The notes under the pieces are model-generated. The model was not told where the DNA came from, did no database searches, and saw only the letters and a program-made list of their open reading frames with translations. A stretch of DNA of 64,000 bases from Candidatus Atabeyarchaeum deiterrae (GTDB lineage: Archaea > Asgardarchaeota > Atabeyarchaeia > Atabeyarchaeales > Atabeyarchaeaceae): positions 288,001-352,000 of the forward strand of contig CP147780.1 of NCBI GenBank assembly GCA_037310415.1, given 5' to 3'. Numbering within the stretch: position 1 is the first letter of the stretch; every line of letters starts with the position of its first letter. Shown piece by piece: positions 39,352-49,401 of this stretch. Both the position numbers and the translations under genes were made by a program.

Positions 39352-39990
39352 TCATCCTCTTCTCGTTTCTTTTCTATCAAGTTCATAGTGAACAAGGGTT
39401 ATCACTTGAGACGATAGGTAGCTAATGGGACCTACACGCACCCTTTTGGCGCGAAGTTCGTCCAAAACATGTTCATCTTCCGCAGTTAGCCCTTTTTGGT
39501 CTCCCACGATGAAGATCTTCGTGTCTTGAATGCTCATGTCTGCGTTTCTGATGTCTTCACCTTTCTCATGTAAGTAGTAGAGGGCACCCCGTTTGTTGGA
39601 GGTCATCTCCGAACTTATCGCTTCATTGAATGACTTCTTCTCAACTAGTAGTCCTGGCGGGCACGGTGACACATGCATGTCACTCTTCTCAAGATCTCTA
39701 AAAACGTCTTTCAACATTGCTGCCAAAGCTATCTCGCTGAAGGGCAGATCTCTGAGTCTTCCTCCATCAAACCTCAAACTCAGTGGGGGACTAGGGGGTC
39801 CTTCAAGCACGCCAACGAAGACGGTATCTCGCCTGATTCTTCCACTGTCAAGTATTGCAGAAATCGCACAGCGGCATACGACTTCCAGACGTCCGCTCGA
39901 GCTTGGCAGGTCTCTTAAGTTGAAGTCGCTTGACGTACGAGCTGTGCTGGACTTCAATACGAAGATTCGATCCAATCTCAACGCCCTCAT
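39352..39990 (-). CDS. trmY: tRNA (pseudouridine-54-N1) methyltransferase
   Basis: DLPSSSGRLEVVCRC, YLHEKGED, GDQKG and GPISYLSSQ SPOUT motifs. Confidence 0.85.
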   Translation of the reverse strand: MRALRLDRIFVLKSSTARTSSDFNLRDLPSSSGRLEVVCRCAISAILDSGRIRRDTVFVGVLEGPPSPPLSLRFDGGRLRDLPFSEIALAAMLKDVFRDLEKSDMHVSPCPPGLLVEKKSFNEAISSEMTSNKRGALYYLHEKGEDIRNADMSIQDTKIFIVGDQKGLTAEDEHVLDELRAKRVRVGPISYLSSQVITLVHYELDRKETRRG

Positions 39991-40272
39991 CGTGATCTAT
40001 TTGGGTCACATGTCAGTAATATAACACGTGACTGCTACCGTTACTGGCGGAGTTCTCATCATGCTCAGCCAAGGCTAGAACTGAGGGTAGATGCAAAAGC
40101 AGCAAACTAACGAAGAACGTGTAGTCGATGCTCACTACTGGAGAACTCATCTCAGGCTAAGTCTCAGCAAAAAGGAGCATTACAGGCAAGCCATAGTATC
40201 ATAAACACTTTTAAATATTCATACAGGTAACTTGAGACCTAGAAGAGAGTTTTTGGATGGTGTTGCAACAGA

Positions 40273-40557
40273 ATGACTAAAAAGAGACGAAGCCGAGGAA
40301 GGTCCAAAGGCGGATCAGGGCGAAAAGGTCTAGTTCAGTGCTCCAACTGTGGAAAACAAGTTCCCAGAGACAAAGCAAAAAGGGTGTCAAAATGGGTAAC
40401 CTTGGTTGACCCTCAAATGGCAAGAGAGCTCAGACAACAGGGAGCGATTCTGCCTCACGAGAAGGTCATGAAGTTCTATTGCATATCCTGCGCCGTTCAT
40501 ACAGGACAAGCGAAGGTCAGGGCAAGAGACGAGAGAAAAATGACAATTCGGCTGTAA
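40273..40557 (+). CDS. rps26e: 30S ribosomal protein S26e
   Basis: MTKKRRSRGR, CSNC...VPRDKA, YCISCAVH and VRAR motifs. Confidence 0.95.
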   Translation: MTKKRRSRGRSKGGSGRKGLVQCSNCGKQVPRDKAKRVSKWVTLVDPQMARELRQQGAILPHEKVMKFYCISCAVHTGQAKVRARDERKMTIRL

Positions 40558-40581
40558 ATGGATATCGAGTAATATTGCGTC

Positions 40582-41577
40582 TTGATGTTAATCTTCCCTA
40601 CCAGAAATGCCTTGACGCGGAATATCTTAAACCAGCTGCATACTATTCTTGACCAGATGAACCCAGTGGGAGGATTGTCGTTGGCGCTTGACATGATAGT
40701 TGTTGGCCATTTCGCCATAGACTATGTTGTCAGAGACGGTCAGTCTCTTCCTCCCTCTTTGGGCGGAACAGTGACATTCTCAAGCCTAGCCGGGGCGCGG
40801 CTGGGAGCCAGGGTCGGAATCGTGTCAAAGGTTGGTCCCGATTTCCGAGATGATCATCTTCTTGTTTTTGCACGGAGTGGAATTGATGTCTCAGCTATTA
40901 AGAAAGCCAAGACCCCAACCACGAAGTACAAGCTTCAATATTCAGGCGAAGAGAGAAGCCTAATGTTACTTTCTAAATGTGATCCAATAGAACCCAAGGA
41001 TGTTAAGAACCTTCGTGGTAACGTTGGTGCTGTTCATTTAGGTCCCATTGCAGGAGAGATTCCGATAGAGACAATTGAGGAAGTTGCAAAATGGGGGGTT
41101 CCAGTTCTACTAGATTTGCAGGGAGTAGTAAGAAAGTTTGACAAAAACGGTAACGTCTCGGTAGAAAGAAACCCACTTCTCCCTGAGATACTCGGCAAAG
41201 TGACGATAGTAAAAGCTACTCTGAAGGAAGGAGAAGTAGCGACTAGTGCATCAGGTCCCGAGAAGGTGGCCTGCTCGCTTATAGACATGGGATGTGAGAT
41301 TGCCATCGTTACGCTTGGAGGAAAAGGATCATATGTTTCAACTCATGATGAAGAATCATTTTCCACGCCTGCTATCAAGCCACGAAAAGTGACTGATTAT
41401 ACGGGCGCAGGAGACGTCTATGCCGGCTCGTTCCTTGTTGAGTACTCGAGGATCCACGACATTAGACGTTCAGCCATTATAGCTAGCACCGCTGTGTCAT
41501 TCAAGGTTGAAGGTCACTCGACCTCTGGTTTCGCATCAAGGCAAGAAATAGAAGAAAGAGCGAAGGGTTACCTTTGA
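40582..41577 (+). CDS. PfkB-family carbohydrate kinase
   Basis: LGGTV, SKVG.D, TLGGKG and DYTGAGD motifs; true start probably further downstream. Confidence 0.88.
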   Translation: MMLIFPTRNALTRNILNQLHTILDQMNPVGGLSLALDMIVVGHFAIDYVVRDGQSLPPSLGGTVTFSSLAGARLGARVGIVSKVGPDFRDDHLLVFARSGIDVSAIKKAKTPTTKYKLQYSGEERSLMLLSKCDPIEPKDVKNLRGNVGAVHLGPIAGEIPIETIEEVAKWGVPVLLDLQGVVRKFDKNGNVSVERNPLLPEILGKVTIVKATLKEGEVATSASGPEKVACSLIDMGCEIAIVTLGGKGSYVSTHDEESFSTPAIKPRKVTDYTGAGDVYAGSFLVEYSRIHDIRRSAIIASTAVSFKVEGHSTSGFASRQEIEERAKGYL

Positions 41578-41607
41578 TCTAAACTAGATAGAAGAGCAGC
41601 TGTACTT

Positions 41608-42027
41608 TCATGTGAGATCGAATGCATTTCTGAACAACTTGGTCAACATTGTTTTTGCAGCTTGCATCGCGCGTTCTCCGTCCTTGGTTATGACGTAATG
41701 CTTCATCTCGGGTTTTTCCTTTCCTTCAGTTCCTCCCTTCTTAGCTTCCACCAGACCATCTTTAGACATCTTGTAAAGTATTACATGCGATGCGAGCGTG
41801 GGAGGATTGAATCCAAACCTCTTCTTTATCGTGGCACGGATCTCATAGCCATACTTCGGGCCCTCTTGGAGAAGACGTAGGATGTATATCCAGAGATTTT
41901 CGTTTGTGAGTTTTGTAAGGAATCTGCGCAAAGCCTTAAACTGGTCAACGGACAAATGATCAACTCCATACGGATTCAGAACTTGTACTTTAGTCTCGGG
42001 ATGACTTGAAGGTCTGCACCCTTGCAT
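41608..42027 (-). CDS. PadR-family transcriptional regulator (paralog of 38871)
   Basis: LRRFLTKLTNENLWIYILRLLQEGPKYGYEIRA and shared C-terminus NAFDLT. Confidence 0.82.
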   Translation of the reverse strand: MQGCRPSSHPETKVQVLNPYGVDHLSVDQFKALRRFLTKLTNENLWIYILRLLQEGPKYGYEIRATIKKRFGFNPPTLASHVILYKMSKDGLVEAKKGGTEGKEKPEMKHYVITKDGERAMQAAKTMLTKLFRNAFDLT

Positions 42028-42175
42028 ATGTGACTATGGCAGTTTCCTAATGTAAACATTATGCTTAGAGTCTGAGATCTTTGCCGCATATACGATGCTC
42101 ATGTATGGACCTGCAAATCCAGAGGAACTAGAGCTAGTCTCAAAAAGGGGAGAATGGAAATCCTGCAAGGGCTAG

Positions 42176-43363
42176 TTACTTAGAAGGTGGTTTTCGGCCA
42201 AATATATGGACCACGGATACTGTCCCACTTCCGCCAACATTGTGAGTGAGACCTATTTCAGGCTGCGGTGAGATTTGCATTTTCTCAGCCTCTCCACGAA
42301 GCTCCTTCACTATTGTTCGAATCTGAGAACAACCTGTAGCCGCAACTGGGTGACCTTTTGCCTTCAAACCGCCATCAACATTCACAGGTATTCTGCCGTC
42401 GACAGCAGTCTGTCCCTCTAGCGCCATTTTACCGCCTTCGCCTTTTTTGAAGAATCCAAGGTCTTCGGTTGCTACTATCTCAGCAATTGTAAAACAGTCG
42501 TGGACCTCGGCGATTTGAACTTTCTCTGGACCCACGCCTGCCATCTTGTAAGCCATCTTGCTGGCTTCAACTGCGGCCCTCAGTGACGTGAGATCATCTC
42601 TCCGGAACGTCGCCAGTGAATCCGTGCCCGCGCCGCTACCTAAAACGTAGATAGGTGCATCGGTGAATTTCTTTGCTATATCTGCTCTGGTAACTATAGC
42701 CGCTGAAGCGCCATCAGTGAGAGGGCAGCAATCATAAATGTTTAATGGCTGTGCGACCATCCCAGTCAAGTCTGCTTGCATATATTGTTCCATTGTGATT
42801 GGTCTCCTGAACTGCGCCAACGGGTTGTTTACTGCATTCTTGTGGTTCTTGACTGCCACCGCTCCAAGCATCTGTTTAGTAGTCTTGTAAACATGCATGT
42901 GTCGTTGAGCTACGAGAGCATACATGCCTGCAAACGTTATTCCAAAGTTGCTTTCCCAGTCGGAGTCACCGCCTCGACCCATTTCGAAGAGAACCTGTGA
43001 TGTCCCGATGTCGTGCATTTTCTCCGTGCCGCACGCCAATGCTATGTCTGCGTAGCCTGACGCGACTGCCATCAACGCGCAGCGGAATGCATAGCCTGAA
43101 GTTGCACAAGCATTCTCCACCCTATGGATAGGTTTAGGTAAGAGATTCAGGTAGTCACCAAACCATCCTGAAACATTACCTAGCTGGGTGCCGCCGAGTC
43201 CTGTAAATCCTATGAACACTTCGTTGATGTCCTTGAGTTCAAGGTTATTGCAGTCACTCACGGCATCCAACACTGCCTCAGCAAGCAACTTCGTGCGGTC
43301 TTTCTCATAGAGCTGACCGAACTGTGTCTGACCAACTCCAATAACTGCAACTTTTTCGGGCAA
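42176..43363 (-). CDS. Thiolase (archaeal acetyl-CoA C-acetyltransferase / SCP2-type)
   Basis: ENACATSG, EVHDCFT and KGHPVAATG motifs. Confidence 0.9.
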   Translation of the reverse strand: MPEKVAVIGVGQTQFGQLYEKDRTKLLAEAVLDAVSDCNNLELKDINEVFIGFTGLGGTQLGNVSGWFGDYLNLLPKPIHRVENACATSGYAFRCALMAVASGYADIALACGTEKMHDIGTSQVLFEMGRGGDSDWESNFGITFAGMYALVAQRHMHVYKTTKQMLGAVAVKNHKNAVNNPLAQFRRPITMEQYMQADLTGMVAQPLNIYDCCPLTDGASAAIVTRADIAKKFTDAPIYVLGSGAGTDSLATFRRDDLTSLRAAVEASKMAYKMAGVGPEKVQIAEVHDCFTIAEIVATEDLGFFKKGEGGKMALEGQTAVDGRIPVNVDGGLKAKGHPVAATGCSQIRTIVKELRGEAEKMQISPQPEIGLTHNVGGSGTVSVVHIFGRKPPSK

Positions 43364-43397
43364 TTTGATTTCTCTCCTCCCATAGTATCTTAGTAGC

Positions 43398-43883
43398 TCA
43401 TTGTTCCTCCTTCTTTTGAGTCGGTTCCTCGGAGATGGGTCTGAATTTGAAGCCGTACTGAACTTGTCCTGTCTGTGAGACGTAGAGTCTTCTGAGAACC
43501 ATTTCGACTGGAGTTCCTATACCGATCTGTTTTTCCTTTCCTTGCATGGTCTTGATAGGCAGGTAGTCTGTTATCTGAGAAAGTACCTTGACTCCGTTCT
43601 CCAGTTCGACAATCACGAGTAGGTATGGACCTGTTAGCTCGACCTGCTCGATACCTGTTGCTGGTGGAACTATGATGCCACTCCAAGAGAATATCTTGCC
43701 CTTTCTTGGCATTTCGACGTCTTCGAACTCGGTACCTCCACACGAGCAGATGTGCTGAAACGGAAAATAGTTGCGACCACATTTCTTGCATTTTACTCCG
43801 ATGAGTCTAAATCTTCTATGTTGCTCTCTCCAGAAAGCAGGGGCATACATTTGGTTATTCACCACGCTTTTGCTGAATTCCAA
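43398..43883 (-). CDS. DUF35 Zn-ribbon/OB-fold protein
   Basis: CKKC...CSC, VELENG and YGFKFRP motifs; lies between thiolase and the HMGS-like gene. Confidence 0.9.
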   Translation of the reverse strand: MEFSKSVVNNQMYAPAFWREQHRRFRLIGVKCKKCGRNYFPFQHICSCGGTEFEDVEMPRKGKIFSWSGIIVPPATGIEQVELTGPYLLVIVELENGVKVLSQITDYLPIKTMQGKEKQIGIGTPVEMVLRRLYVSQTGQVQYGFKFRPISEEPTQKKEEQ

Positions 43884-43908
43884 TACTACTTACCGATAGC
43901 GAGTTTTC

Positions 43909-44970
43909 CTACAGTCCAATGTAGGAGACCTTCATTTTCTTTGGAATCAGATTCTTCTGCTTGGCGTACTCAATGTAACTAAGGTACATTTTCCGCTCAA
44001 TGAGTTTTGCGAAGGAAGGTGACGCGCGCTTCCCTTCAATTTCGTCCGTCACTAATAGGCTGATAGCGTCCGATGCGCTGGAACCTCCGTAGGCAACAGC
44101 GAGTATCCTTTCTCCTGGTTGGGCCACGTCCAACACGGCAGCAAGACCCAGTGGCACTGAGGCAACCCCCGTGTCACCTGTATTCTGTATGACCATGCCT
44201 TTCTGCGTCACAGCAGGTTGTAAGCCAAGTTTTCCTGCGGCAACGAGTGGCCAATCACCGTTAGGCTGCTGCAATATAATGTGGTTGAAGTCTTCGAAGC
44301 TCTTACCGACCTTACTCACCAAGTTCTTGGCTGCTTCAGAGACATGCCAAACATAGCCATAGTCCTGAGCGAATCTCGGATTGTCTAGCGCTTGAATAAC
44401 GTCGGTTTCCGCTCCCGTCCTCCACCTATCTGCAAACTCTGAGGTCATCGAACTGGAAGCTTCTAACTCGGCAATCGTGCCACCGCTGCCAACGACAAAA
44501 GCTGCAGCGCCGCATCCAACCCCTTGTTCTGTCTCTGGAATATTTCCTGGTGGTCCCGAAAGGACATCCGATGCTACGACAATAGCGCGTTTCCCTCTAC
44601 CTGACGAGACGTAGTCGGACGCAGCTATTAGTGCCGATATTCCGGCCTTCTCAGAATGGGCGAAGTCAGCCGTATAGATGTCTGCTCTCACGCCCAGAGC
44701 CAAAGCAATCGTAGGCGCGGTCATCTTAAGCGTATATGGAGCTGATGTCGACGCCCAGAATACTGCATCAATATCTGAAGACTCTGCCCCAGACGACCTT
44801 AAAGCGGAGATAGCGGCCTCGGCACCCATAGTCGTCGCGTCTTCGTCGAATGCAGGGACGGTTTTCTCGTTGATTCCTTTAACGAGGAATATGTTCCAAG
44901 TTTTTATGTACTCGTCTTTCTTAATCCTGAACCTAGGCAGGTAAGCCCCGTACCCTATGATACCTACCAT
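43909..44970 (-). CDS. HMG-CoA synthase family protein lacking the catalytic Cys/His
   Basis: GIIGYGAYLPRFRI, DEDATTM and YGGSSASDA motifs; AHSEKAG in place of FACKAG and QQPN in place of HQPN. Confidence 0.8.
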   Translation of the reverse strand: MVGIIGYGAYLPRFRIKKDEYIKTWNIFLVKGINEKTVPAFDEDATTMGAEAAISALRSSGAESSDIDAVFWASTSAPYTLKMTAPTIALALGVRADIYTADFAHSEKAGISALIAASDYVSSGRGKRAIVVASDVLSGPPGNIPETEQGVGCGAAAFVVGSGGTIAELEASSSMTSEFADRWRTGAETDVIQALDNPRFAQDYGYVWHVSEAAKNLVSKVGKSFEDFNHIILQQPNGDWPLVAAGKLGLQPAVTQKGMVIQNTGDTGVASVPLGLAAVLDVAQPGERILAVAYGGSSASDAISLLVTDEIEGKRASPSFAKLIERKMYLSYIEYAKQKNLIPKKMKVSYIGL

Positions 44971-45197
44971 AACTTCGCTGCACCCCTTAACGGAACCATG
45001 TTTATCCAGTTGTACGTGTCTACATTCTTGTTCCATCGATTTATAGACATAGGTTTTGATCCAATAACCCCTCAACTTGAGGTGACTTGGCATTTGGATT
45101 AGGGTCATCCTTTCAACGGTTAATTTAATAAGTCTTCTTGGTTAAATTAAGAGCAAATCTGAATTATCGAATACTTAGTTCGGTGGGTATACGTAAA

Positions 45198-45494
45198 ATG
45201 AAGATTAGTGATTTGAAGGCAGGAATGAAAAAGGTTGATCTCGCGGCCAAGGTCTCGGACATAGGAGAACCAAGAGACGTGAACACAAGATTCGGGCCTG
45301 CTAGAGTAGCAACAGCAACGCTATCTGACGACTCTGGTCAGGTGAAGCTCTCCTTATGGAATAAGGACATTGATAGGGTGAAGGTAGGAGATACAGTAGA
45401 CATCAAGAATGGTTATGTCAACGACTTCAGAGGGGAGCTACAGCTTAATGTGGGGCAGTATGGTAAACTAGAGACAGTTAAGGGCAAGAAATAG
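45198..45494 (+). CDS. ssb: Single OB-fold single-stranded DNA-binding protein
   Basis: MKISDLK, DDSGQVKLSLW, NGYV..FRG.LQLNVG. Confidence 0.85.
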   Translation: MKISDLKAGMKKVDLAAKVSDIGEPRDVNTRFGPARVATATLSDDSGQVKLSLWNKDIDRVKVGDTVDIKNGYVNDFRGELQLNVGQYGKLETVKGKK

Positions 45495-45582
45495 GAAGAC
45501 AGTATCTCGTCCCTTCTTACTTATTTTGTACAGACTACAGGCATTGCATGAGCGGACGCAGTTGTGATGTCCACGCGATGAT

Positions 45583-46470
45583 TCACATCTCAGTTAATTC
45601 CTTGGATGGAATGAATCTAGTGCGCGGATCTGCAAGTATCCTATCTAGGAGCGACAGAATCATCTGTTTGTCTTCGGGGAATTTAGCCTCGAAGTCAACG
45701 TAGTCTGAGACATGGTCATTGAATATTTCACTGTGAACATTCAGTCCTGCGATGATTTCCCTTTGTTCTTTTATTATCTCGTATGGCGTCAGTAACTTGA
45801 AACTACCTTGTTCAACTTCCTCGAAAAGAGGTGTGTTCGGCAGTATGTTGAGTGTTCGGAACCTGATGAAATGCGGGTCTATTTGATTAAGCGTTTCAGC
45901 TGTTCCTCTAGCATGCTCTTCGGTCATGTCCTTTCCACCCAGCCCCAGAAGGACATACAGAGAGAGTTCTATTCCGGCCTCTTTTATCCTGCGTCCAGCC
46001 TCTATGATGGTTTTTGAGATGGTTCCTTTCTTCATCAGCTTCAAGACTCTGTCACTTCCGCTTTCAAGCCCCATGTGTATTCTTGTCAGACCAGCTTCTT
46101 TGAACTTGATAAGTTCGTCTGGGGTCTTACTTATTGCAGACCTCGCGGACGAATAACATGTAATTCGCTTCAATTCTGGAAAAGTCTGCGTTATCTTGTT
46201 TAGGACCGAGAGAAAGAACTCTGTTGGTAGGCAAGTCATATCCGAGCCTGTCAAGAAAACAGTAGTGTAATGATCTGAGTAGAACCTCTTTGCGACGTCA
46301 ATTTGATTGAAGATTTCATCTAGTTCGAGGACCCTAAACTCTTCCCTTTCCTTGTAGATGCCGCAGAACTTGCATTGGTTGTAATTGCAACCCTGGAAAA
46401 CCTCTATGAGTAGACTATATGCTTCTGAAGGAGGTCTGATAAGCACTCTGCCTGAACCCTCAAGTAACAA
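45583..46470 (-). CDS. Radical SAM protein
   Basis: RPPSEA, CNYNQCKFC and GLESGSD motifs. Confidence 0.88.
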   Translation of the reverse strand: MLLEGSGRVLIRPPSEAYSLLIEVFQGCNYNQCKFCGIYKEREEFRVLELDEIFNQIDVAKRFYSDHYTTVFLTGSDMTCLPTEFFLSVLNKITQTFPELKRITCYSSARSAISKTPDELIKFKEAGLTRIHMGLESGSDRVLKLMKKGTISKTIIEAGRRIKEAGIELSLYVLLGLGGKDMTEEHARGTAETLNQIDPHFIRFRTLNILPNTPLFEEVEQGSFKLLTPYEIIKEQREIIAGLNVHSEIFNDHVSDYVDFEAKFPEDKQMILSLLDRILADPRTRFIPSKELTEM

Positions 46471-46710
46471 GACAAGTCACCTCATCAAGACGTAGACATG
46501 TCACTCATTGTTGGAGGATGTCTTTCAAATTCGTAACTGCCAACAAGGTACTAGGTTTTCTTAGGAAGATTTAAATCAATAGCTGAAAAACCACTATGTA
46601 ACACCAAGCAGAGGATTTTGCGGAAAACGTTGCGGCAGAAGAGCACTGCAATCTAGTCAAGGAGAGGACAGATCAGGCTTTAGTTGCACTGCATCCGGAG
46701 GATCTGGTGA

Positions 46711-48141
46711 ATGAAGATCAAGAAAGAAGCAAACTTCAGCGAATGGTACGATGAAGTGCTTCAGGAAGCCGAGCTTGTTGACGTTAGGTACAATGTGAAG
46801 GGATTTATCATTTACATGCCTAACATAATGAGAATCATAAATCAAGTCTACAGATTATATGATGAGGAACTTGATAAAACTGGCCATTCCCTACTGCAAT
46901 TCCCCATTGTCATCCCTTCAAGTAATTTCAGGAAAGAATCTGAGCATGTACAGGGGTTTGAAGAAGAAGTATTCTGGGTGACAAAAGCGGGCAGACATGA
47001 GCTAGACGAGCCTCTCATATTACGACCGACTAGTGAGACTGCGATGTACCCAATGTACTCGTTATGGATAAGAAACTATCATGACCTGCCCATAAAGTAC
47101 TATCAAAATGGCTCAGTTTACAGATATGAAACCAAGGCAACCAGACCTCTCATAAGGGGACGGGAGTTCCTTTGGATCGAAACCCATACTGCACACGCGA
47201 GTCTCGAGAACGCGACAGAGCAGGTTAAGGAGGACATGGAGATAGCCAAGAAGGTCCTGTATGAGAAGTGTGGTATACCTTTCCTGATGTTCGATAGACC
47301 TGAATGGGACAGATTTGCAGGAGCGAAAAGGACGTATGGATTTGACACGTTGTTTCCAGATGGCAAAGCTATTCAGATAGGAACCACCCACCTCCTAGGC
47401 GACAATTTCTCCAAGGTTTTTGATATTCAGTTTGAAGACAAAGGTGGGGACAAGAAATTCGTGCAGCAGACATGCTACGGTCCAGGGATCTCACGTATAG
47501 CGGCATCCATCATCTCTATTCACGGTGACGACTATGGGTTAGTCCTTCCATTTGAGATGGCCCCTGTTCAGGTAGTGATAGTCCCTGTATTGTATAGGGG
47601 AGAGGAGAGACCACTCCTTGAGAAGAGCGTTGAGATCAGGAAAATGCTTGAAGGCGCGGGCATAAGGGTGAAACTTGATGATAGAGATCTCTCAGCAGGA
47701 GCCAAGTTCTATTATTGGGAACTCTTGGGTGCACCTATTAGGTTGGAGATTGGTCCGAAGGAAGTGCAGCAAAGTAAAGTGACAGTTTTTAGGAGGGACA
47801 AGAGAACTCGAGAGAGCTTCGGAGAGCAGAACGTTGTTGACGAAGTGGAGAAGATTGCGGATGACATGCTCAAGTTCTTGAGGGAAAAGGCCTTAGACTA
47901 CATGAACAAGCATACAAGTCAAGTCATGACAAGGGAGCAGTTGCTCAAAGTTGCTAAGAAAGGTGGCTTCGCTAAGATTCACTTTTGCGGCAGGAAGGAG
48001 TGCGCTGACGATATTAAGAGCAAGACAGGTGGTTTGGAAGTCAGAGGAACACTATTTGAAGCTGAAGAAGTACCTAAGGGAAGTTGCACTTGGTGCGGCA
48101 AACCCTCAATTCAAGTCGTGTATGCTGCAAAATCATATTAG
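46711..48141 (+). CDS. proS: Proline--tRNA ligase (archaeal/eukaryotic type)
   Basis: FSEWY, LRPTSET, RYE...IRGREF, RFAGA, G.P.RLEIGP and C-terminal AKSY. Confidence 0.95.
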   Translation: MKIKKEANFSEWYDEVLQEAELVDVRYNVKGFIIYMPNIMRIINQVYRLYDEELDKTGHSLLQFPIVIPSSNFRKESEHVQGFEEEVFWVTKAGRHELDEPLILRPTSETAMYPMYSLWIRNYHDLPIKYYQNGSVYRYETKATRPLIRGREFLWIETHTAHASLENATEQVKEDMEIAKKVLYEKCGIPFLMFDRPEWDRFAGAKRTYGFDTLFPDGKAIQIGTTHLLGDNFSKVFDIQFEDKGGDKKFVQQTCYGPGISRIAASIISIHGDDYGLVLPFEMAPVQVVIVPVLYRGEERPLLEKSVEIRKMLEGAGIRVKLDDRDLSAGAKFYYWELLGAPIRLEIGPKEVQQSKVTVFRRDKRTRESFGEQNVVDEVEKIADDMLKFLREKALDYMNKHTSQVMTREQLLKVAKKGGFAKIHFCGRKECADDIKSKTGGLEVRGTLFEAEEVPKGSCTWCGKPSIQVVYAAKSY

Positions 48142-48182
48142 GGTAAAGAGGTTCTAGCTCCTAGTAGTGTAAGTATCATAGT

Positions 48183-48578
48183 TTGATGATAGTCACAGAG
48201 AGGCTGATATTGTTGCCATTATATGATTTGCTGAAGAAAAGGCTTGGAGAGGCGGAAAAGTACATCAAAGAAGACTCGAAAGTCAGGAATGTTCTGAAGA
48301 TGGTAGGGAAGATCAAAGTAAATGTAAAAACTAACGACACTAATGAACACGTAGGCGCGTCGATAGGTTCTGATGGCGTGGAAATATTCAGAAAGGCGAT
48401 CGACGACCCAGCTATCACAATATCAGGAGACAGCAAGATACTGACTGGATTGGTAACCAGCCCTAGCAGAGCAAAGTTCGATGAGGCACAGCAGAAAGAG
48501 CAAGTCAAAATTGAGTCGCATGGATTGAAAGGCAGACTAGCAGTGTCAAAGGTCAAGGATCTTCTATCACAAGGATAG
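48183..48578 (+). CDS. SCP2 sterol-carrier-like protein
   Basis: DPAITISGD...L...G.VKIE-type pattern in a small alpha/beta ORF. Confidence 0.45.
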   Translation: MMIVTERLILLPLYDLLKKRLGEAEKYIKEDSKVRNVLKMVGKIKVNVKTNDTNEHVGASIGSDGVEIFRKAIDDPAITISGDSKILTGLVTSPSRAKFDEAQQKEQVKIESHGLKGRLAVSKVKDLLSQG

Positions 48579-48690
48579 GATTGAATAAAACGCAATCGCA
48601 GGCGAGTGCCTGCTGAGTCTTGAGGACAACTATAAATACCGAACTGTCCATTATTACTTGTCTAAATAGGTTAGACTGAGGATTCTGATC

Positions 48691-49284
48691 ATGAGCAGTG
48701 AATCGGAAATAGTTGACGTCTTATCAAGGGTAGCGAATATCTTTCTTCAGGCCGTAGATGCTCTCGAAAGCAGGATGTACACCATAGAGCAAAGAATCGA
48801 GCAAATTGAAAGGGCATTAGTTGATTCAAGAACGATGGGGGCTCCCGCGGCTAGTAGGGGTCCGCCTCCAGACAATCGAGGAATTCTACCTGCAATAGCG
48901 CAGGAGACTAGGAGAAGTCCTCCACCACCGGTGACTGCTCCGCCTGCACCAATGCCCCAGCAACCCCAAGCTTATGGTGCTCCTCAGCAACAGTGGGGAG
49001 CCCCAAGACAAGATGCTTATCAACAGCCACCTCCCCAAGGCTATCAAGCAAGGCCACAACCACCTCCGCCACAGCCGCAAGGATACCAGCCGCAGAGCCA
49101 ACCTCAAGGATATCAACCGCAGCCGCAAGGTCAGCCGCAGGGTTACCAGTCTGCGCCACCTGGACAGCCGCAACAAGCGCCTCCGCCGACCTCAGGGAAT
49201 CCATTAAACGTGCGTCAGGCCGTCACAGGTGAGCTCAAAGAGATCTTTGCCAGAATGAGAGCCCGGGCTGAGGGGAGAGGATAA
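48691..49284 (+). CDS. Protein with N-terminal coiled coil, Pro/Gln-rich linker and C-terminal amphipathic helix
   Basis: TATAAATA upstream; composition visible in the translation. Confidence 0.75.
   Translation: MSSESEIVDVLSRVANIFLQAVDALESRMYTIEQRIEQIERALVDSRTMGAPAASRGPPPDNRGILPAIAQETRRSPPPPVTAPPAPMPQQPQAYGAPQQQWGAPRQDAYQQPPPQGYQARPQPPPPQPQGYQPQSQPQGYQPQPQGQPQGYQSAPPGQPQQAPPPTSGNPLNVRQAVTGELKEIFARMRARAEGRG
48955..49190 (+). repeat. Coding low-complexity PQ/QGYQ repeats
   Basis: QGYQ four times (caaggctatcaa, caaggataccag, caaggatatcaa, cagggttaccag) among poly-P/Q runs. Confidence 0.75.
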
Positions 49285-49401
49285 ACTGGCGACTCTGTGT
49301 AGAGTACGTTCTTTTCCGTCAAGAAGGCGACAGACTGGCTGAAAACTAGGCGTGGCGTTATTTCTAGTTACGATAGGCTCTTAAGAGGAATCTATTATTC
49401 G

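Noticed and set aside
48955-49190. Repeats as a CRISPR array or non-coding tandem repeat
   Set aside because: They are degenerate codon-level repeats inside a coding region. No CRISPR array, cas gene or rRNA gene was seen anywhere in the window.
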